Positions 61,582 to 64,000 of a DNA stretch of 64,000 bases are shown here, piece after piece. Each line of letters begins with the position of its first letter. The stretch's first letter is position 1. The DNA comes from Eledone cirrhosa (Eukaryota): NCBI GenBank assembly GCA_964016885.1, contig OZ024755.1:34162001-34226000 (forward strand), read 5' to 3'. A model generated the notes under the pieces. That model made no database searches. It was not told where the DNA came from and saw only the letters and a list, made by a program, of their open reading frames with translations. Position numbers and translations under genes: made by a program.

Positions 61582-62689
61582 GTGTGTGTATATATATATA
61601 TATATATGTGTATATATGTGGGTGTCTGTTTATATGCACTAGTCATAGACACACATATACACACGCATATATATATATATATACACACAACACCACCACC
61701 AGCTCTCTTCCATCTCCTCTCCCTCTCTCCCTCTCTATTTATGAAGGTACCCAGAAAAACCCTGTATCTCAGGATCCCATGCTCTGATTTACATGAAACT
61801 TGTTTTATTCCATTTGTATTCCCATTTCGAAGGCAACTTCCTTTCAAAGTATTTTCCAATTATGCACCATTTTGGCTGTATTACATTACAGACAAGCACA
61901 CAATCACAGAGTTTTCATCATCATCATCACTCGTCGACTACTGTCGAGATGATGGATCTCACTCTCATGCCCCAGAATCGCCTGTCCCCCATCGCTGCCC
62001 CCAGGTCCTGTCTGCTGATTCCCGTATCCCTAGAGATAACGTCAGGGAATGACAGCTTCCTACTCCTAGTCAGGCTGGAGTCAGGGTTCCAGAGCAAGAG
62101 AGTTTTAGTAGTATATGGAATAAAGGTCATGCTTATATGCAGGTCCTCCTAGACAGGTAGGTGTTTGACTGAGATAACTGCAAATCAACCTATATAGAAA
62201 AGTAAAAGGTGGGAAGGGTATTCGAGGGATGTTCACAGACTGAGACTTATGAGATGTAGGAAGAAAGACACAACATGGATGGGAAAAAGAGGAGGGTGTG
62301 TTGAGTGAGATTAGATGGAGAAAATATTGACCTATCTAACTTTGTGGAGCAGATAATTTAAATAGAGGTAGAAGATGCTCATTGAGGGAACAGTACATCT
62401 GAAGAATATTGGTGAGTTCCAGGCAATCAGCCAAATGGAAGCAATATTCTATTATTGGTCTCTCTGGAAATTAGTAAAAAGTCAGCAATTTATTTGTGAT
62501 GAATTATTTCATAGATCTGATGAGGTGGGGACAATTTTTTTTAGGATGCAGTAGTTTCTAAGGGGAGGTTTGAAATTTATAGCAGCTTTGAGGGTTTTAA
62601 TTGCAAGATGTCCAAGACTAGTGAGTGTGAGATAGGTAACACATTTTTTTCTTTGATTCTCCAAATTTAAGGAGCACACAACATTATTA

Positions 62690-62807
<118 letters not shown>

Positions 62808-62813
62808 GAAAAG

Positions 62814-62940
62814 AGTCAGGACCTCAACGGCTGAGTTTCGGCCATTTTGACAGCTAGGTCCAAACTAAGCCAGCATACTGCTGGCTTAATTCAGATCCAG
62901 CTGTCGAAAGGGCTGGAGCTCAGCCGTCGGGGTCCTGACT
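62814..62940. repeat. GC-rich imperfect hairpin in a (TA)n-flanked cassette (62808-63027)
   Basis: 62-nt arms, AGTCAGGACC...TAAGCCAGCA-TAC-TGCTGGCTTA...GGTCCTGACT. Confidence 0.9.
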
Positions 62941-63424
62941 GATTTCCTATTACCCACTCTACTACCCTAAGTATTGAGTACTCTGGTGCGTTATGGTCCT
63001 CCTGGTATTTTACCACACCTTCTTTACATATATATATAGATATATGTGTGTGCATTCATTTCATTTTACGTCCGCTTTTCCCTGCTTGCAAGGGTGGGAC
63101 AGGAACTGGTTCTGGCTTGATTTCTACAGCTGGATGCCCTTCCTAACACCAACCTCATTTACAGTGAGTGCTGGGTGCTTTTTTGCCATGGCACCTCCAC
63201 GACCACTTTGCAGTGGAATGATAGGGACCCCAGTCGCTATCATCTCATTTCTACAGCTGAGTAAACTGGAGCAATGTGAAATAAAGTGTCTTGCTCAAGG
63301 AAACAACACATCACCTGGTCTGAGAATTGAACTCACAAACTTTCGATTGCAAGGCCAATGGTCTAACCACTAAGCCATGTGCCTCCATTACCTATCTCAC
63401 ACTCACTAGTCTTGGACATCTTGC

Positions 63425-63487
<63 letters not shown>

Positions 63488-63490
<3 letters not shown>

Positions 63491-63876
63491 TCATCATCAA
63501 CGTTTAACGTCCGTGTTCCACGCTTGCATGGGTTTGGATGGGGGTAGTCCCACTTGAGGCAAGAGTGATTGTCTTGCTCGCATAGGACTGTCTGGCAGGT
63601 TTTCTACAGTTGGATGCCCTTCCTAACACCAACCACATTTACAGTGTGGGTCTGGGAGGTTTTTACCGTGTTGCCTACACGGCCACATTACAGCGTGGAC
63701 TGTGTGTTTTTTTGTCGTGACACCTACACGATCTCATTTGTTTCGGCCTGGATGGTGTGGCACCAACACAACTTTACATAGAACGGGGTGGCGTGGATGG
63801 GGTAGGGGGAGGGGACGGGGACGGGACGGGGGGTATTTTGTTAGAGATGCCTACTGGCTGTAGTAGGTTTTACTAT
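63488..63876 (-). mobile_element. copy of the entire RTE 3' UTR
   Basis: Matches 40418-40805 from ATAGTAAAACCTACT to the (TGA)n tail. Confidence 0.9.
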
Positions 63877-64000
63877 GTATATATATGTGTATCATCATCA
63901 TCATAATCATCATTTTACGTCCACTTTTCCCTGCTTGCAGAGGTGGGACAGCAACTGATTCTGGGTTGATTTCTACAGCTGGATGCCCTTCCTAACACCA

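Overview
AT-rich, repeat-saturated eukaryotic (metazoan) DNA. The SINE, LINE and microsatellite content looks cephalopod/Octopus-like, which is an inference. No host protein-coding exon can be supported. The one real long ORF is an apparently intact RTE-clade LINE (about 36331-40805; APE endonuclease, RT with YADD, and an internal C4HC3 PHD-type finger). It is inserted into a 5'-truncated Penelope-like element. The rest consists of a decayed L1/Tx1 element, a DD37D (maT) Tc1/mariner derivative, RTE fragments, two tRNA-derived SINE families, TTAA piggyBac-type, hAT and pogo MITEs, satellites derived from TE pieces, and microsatellites that create spurious ORFs. The signal the ORF track misses is a set of six sequence-divergent minimal type I hammerhead ribozyme motifs (CUGANGA...GAAA-palindromic or near-palindromic stem III-UH), on both strands, plus degenerate ones. 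Two lie downstream of Penelope GIY-YIG C-terminal remnants. Four lie in 150-260 nt non-coding cassettes within microsatellite (mostly (TA)n) tracts, alongside fold-back hairpins; two such hairpins are built from the Penelope-like copies. All structures were paired by eye; ribozyme activity and novelty are untested.
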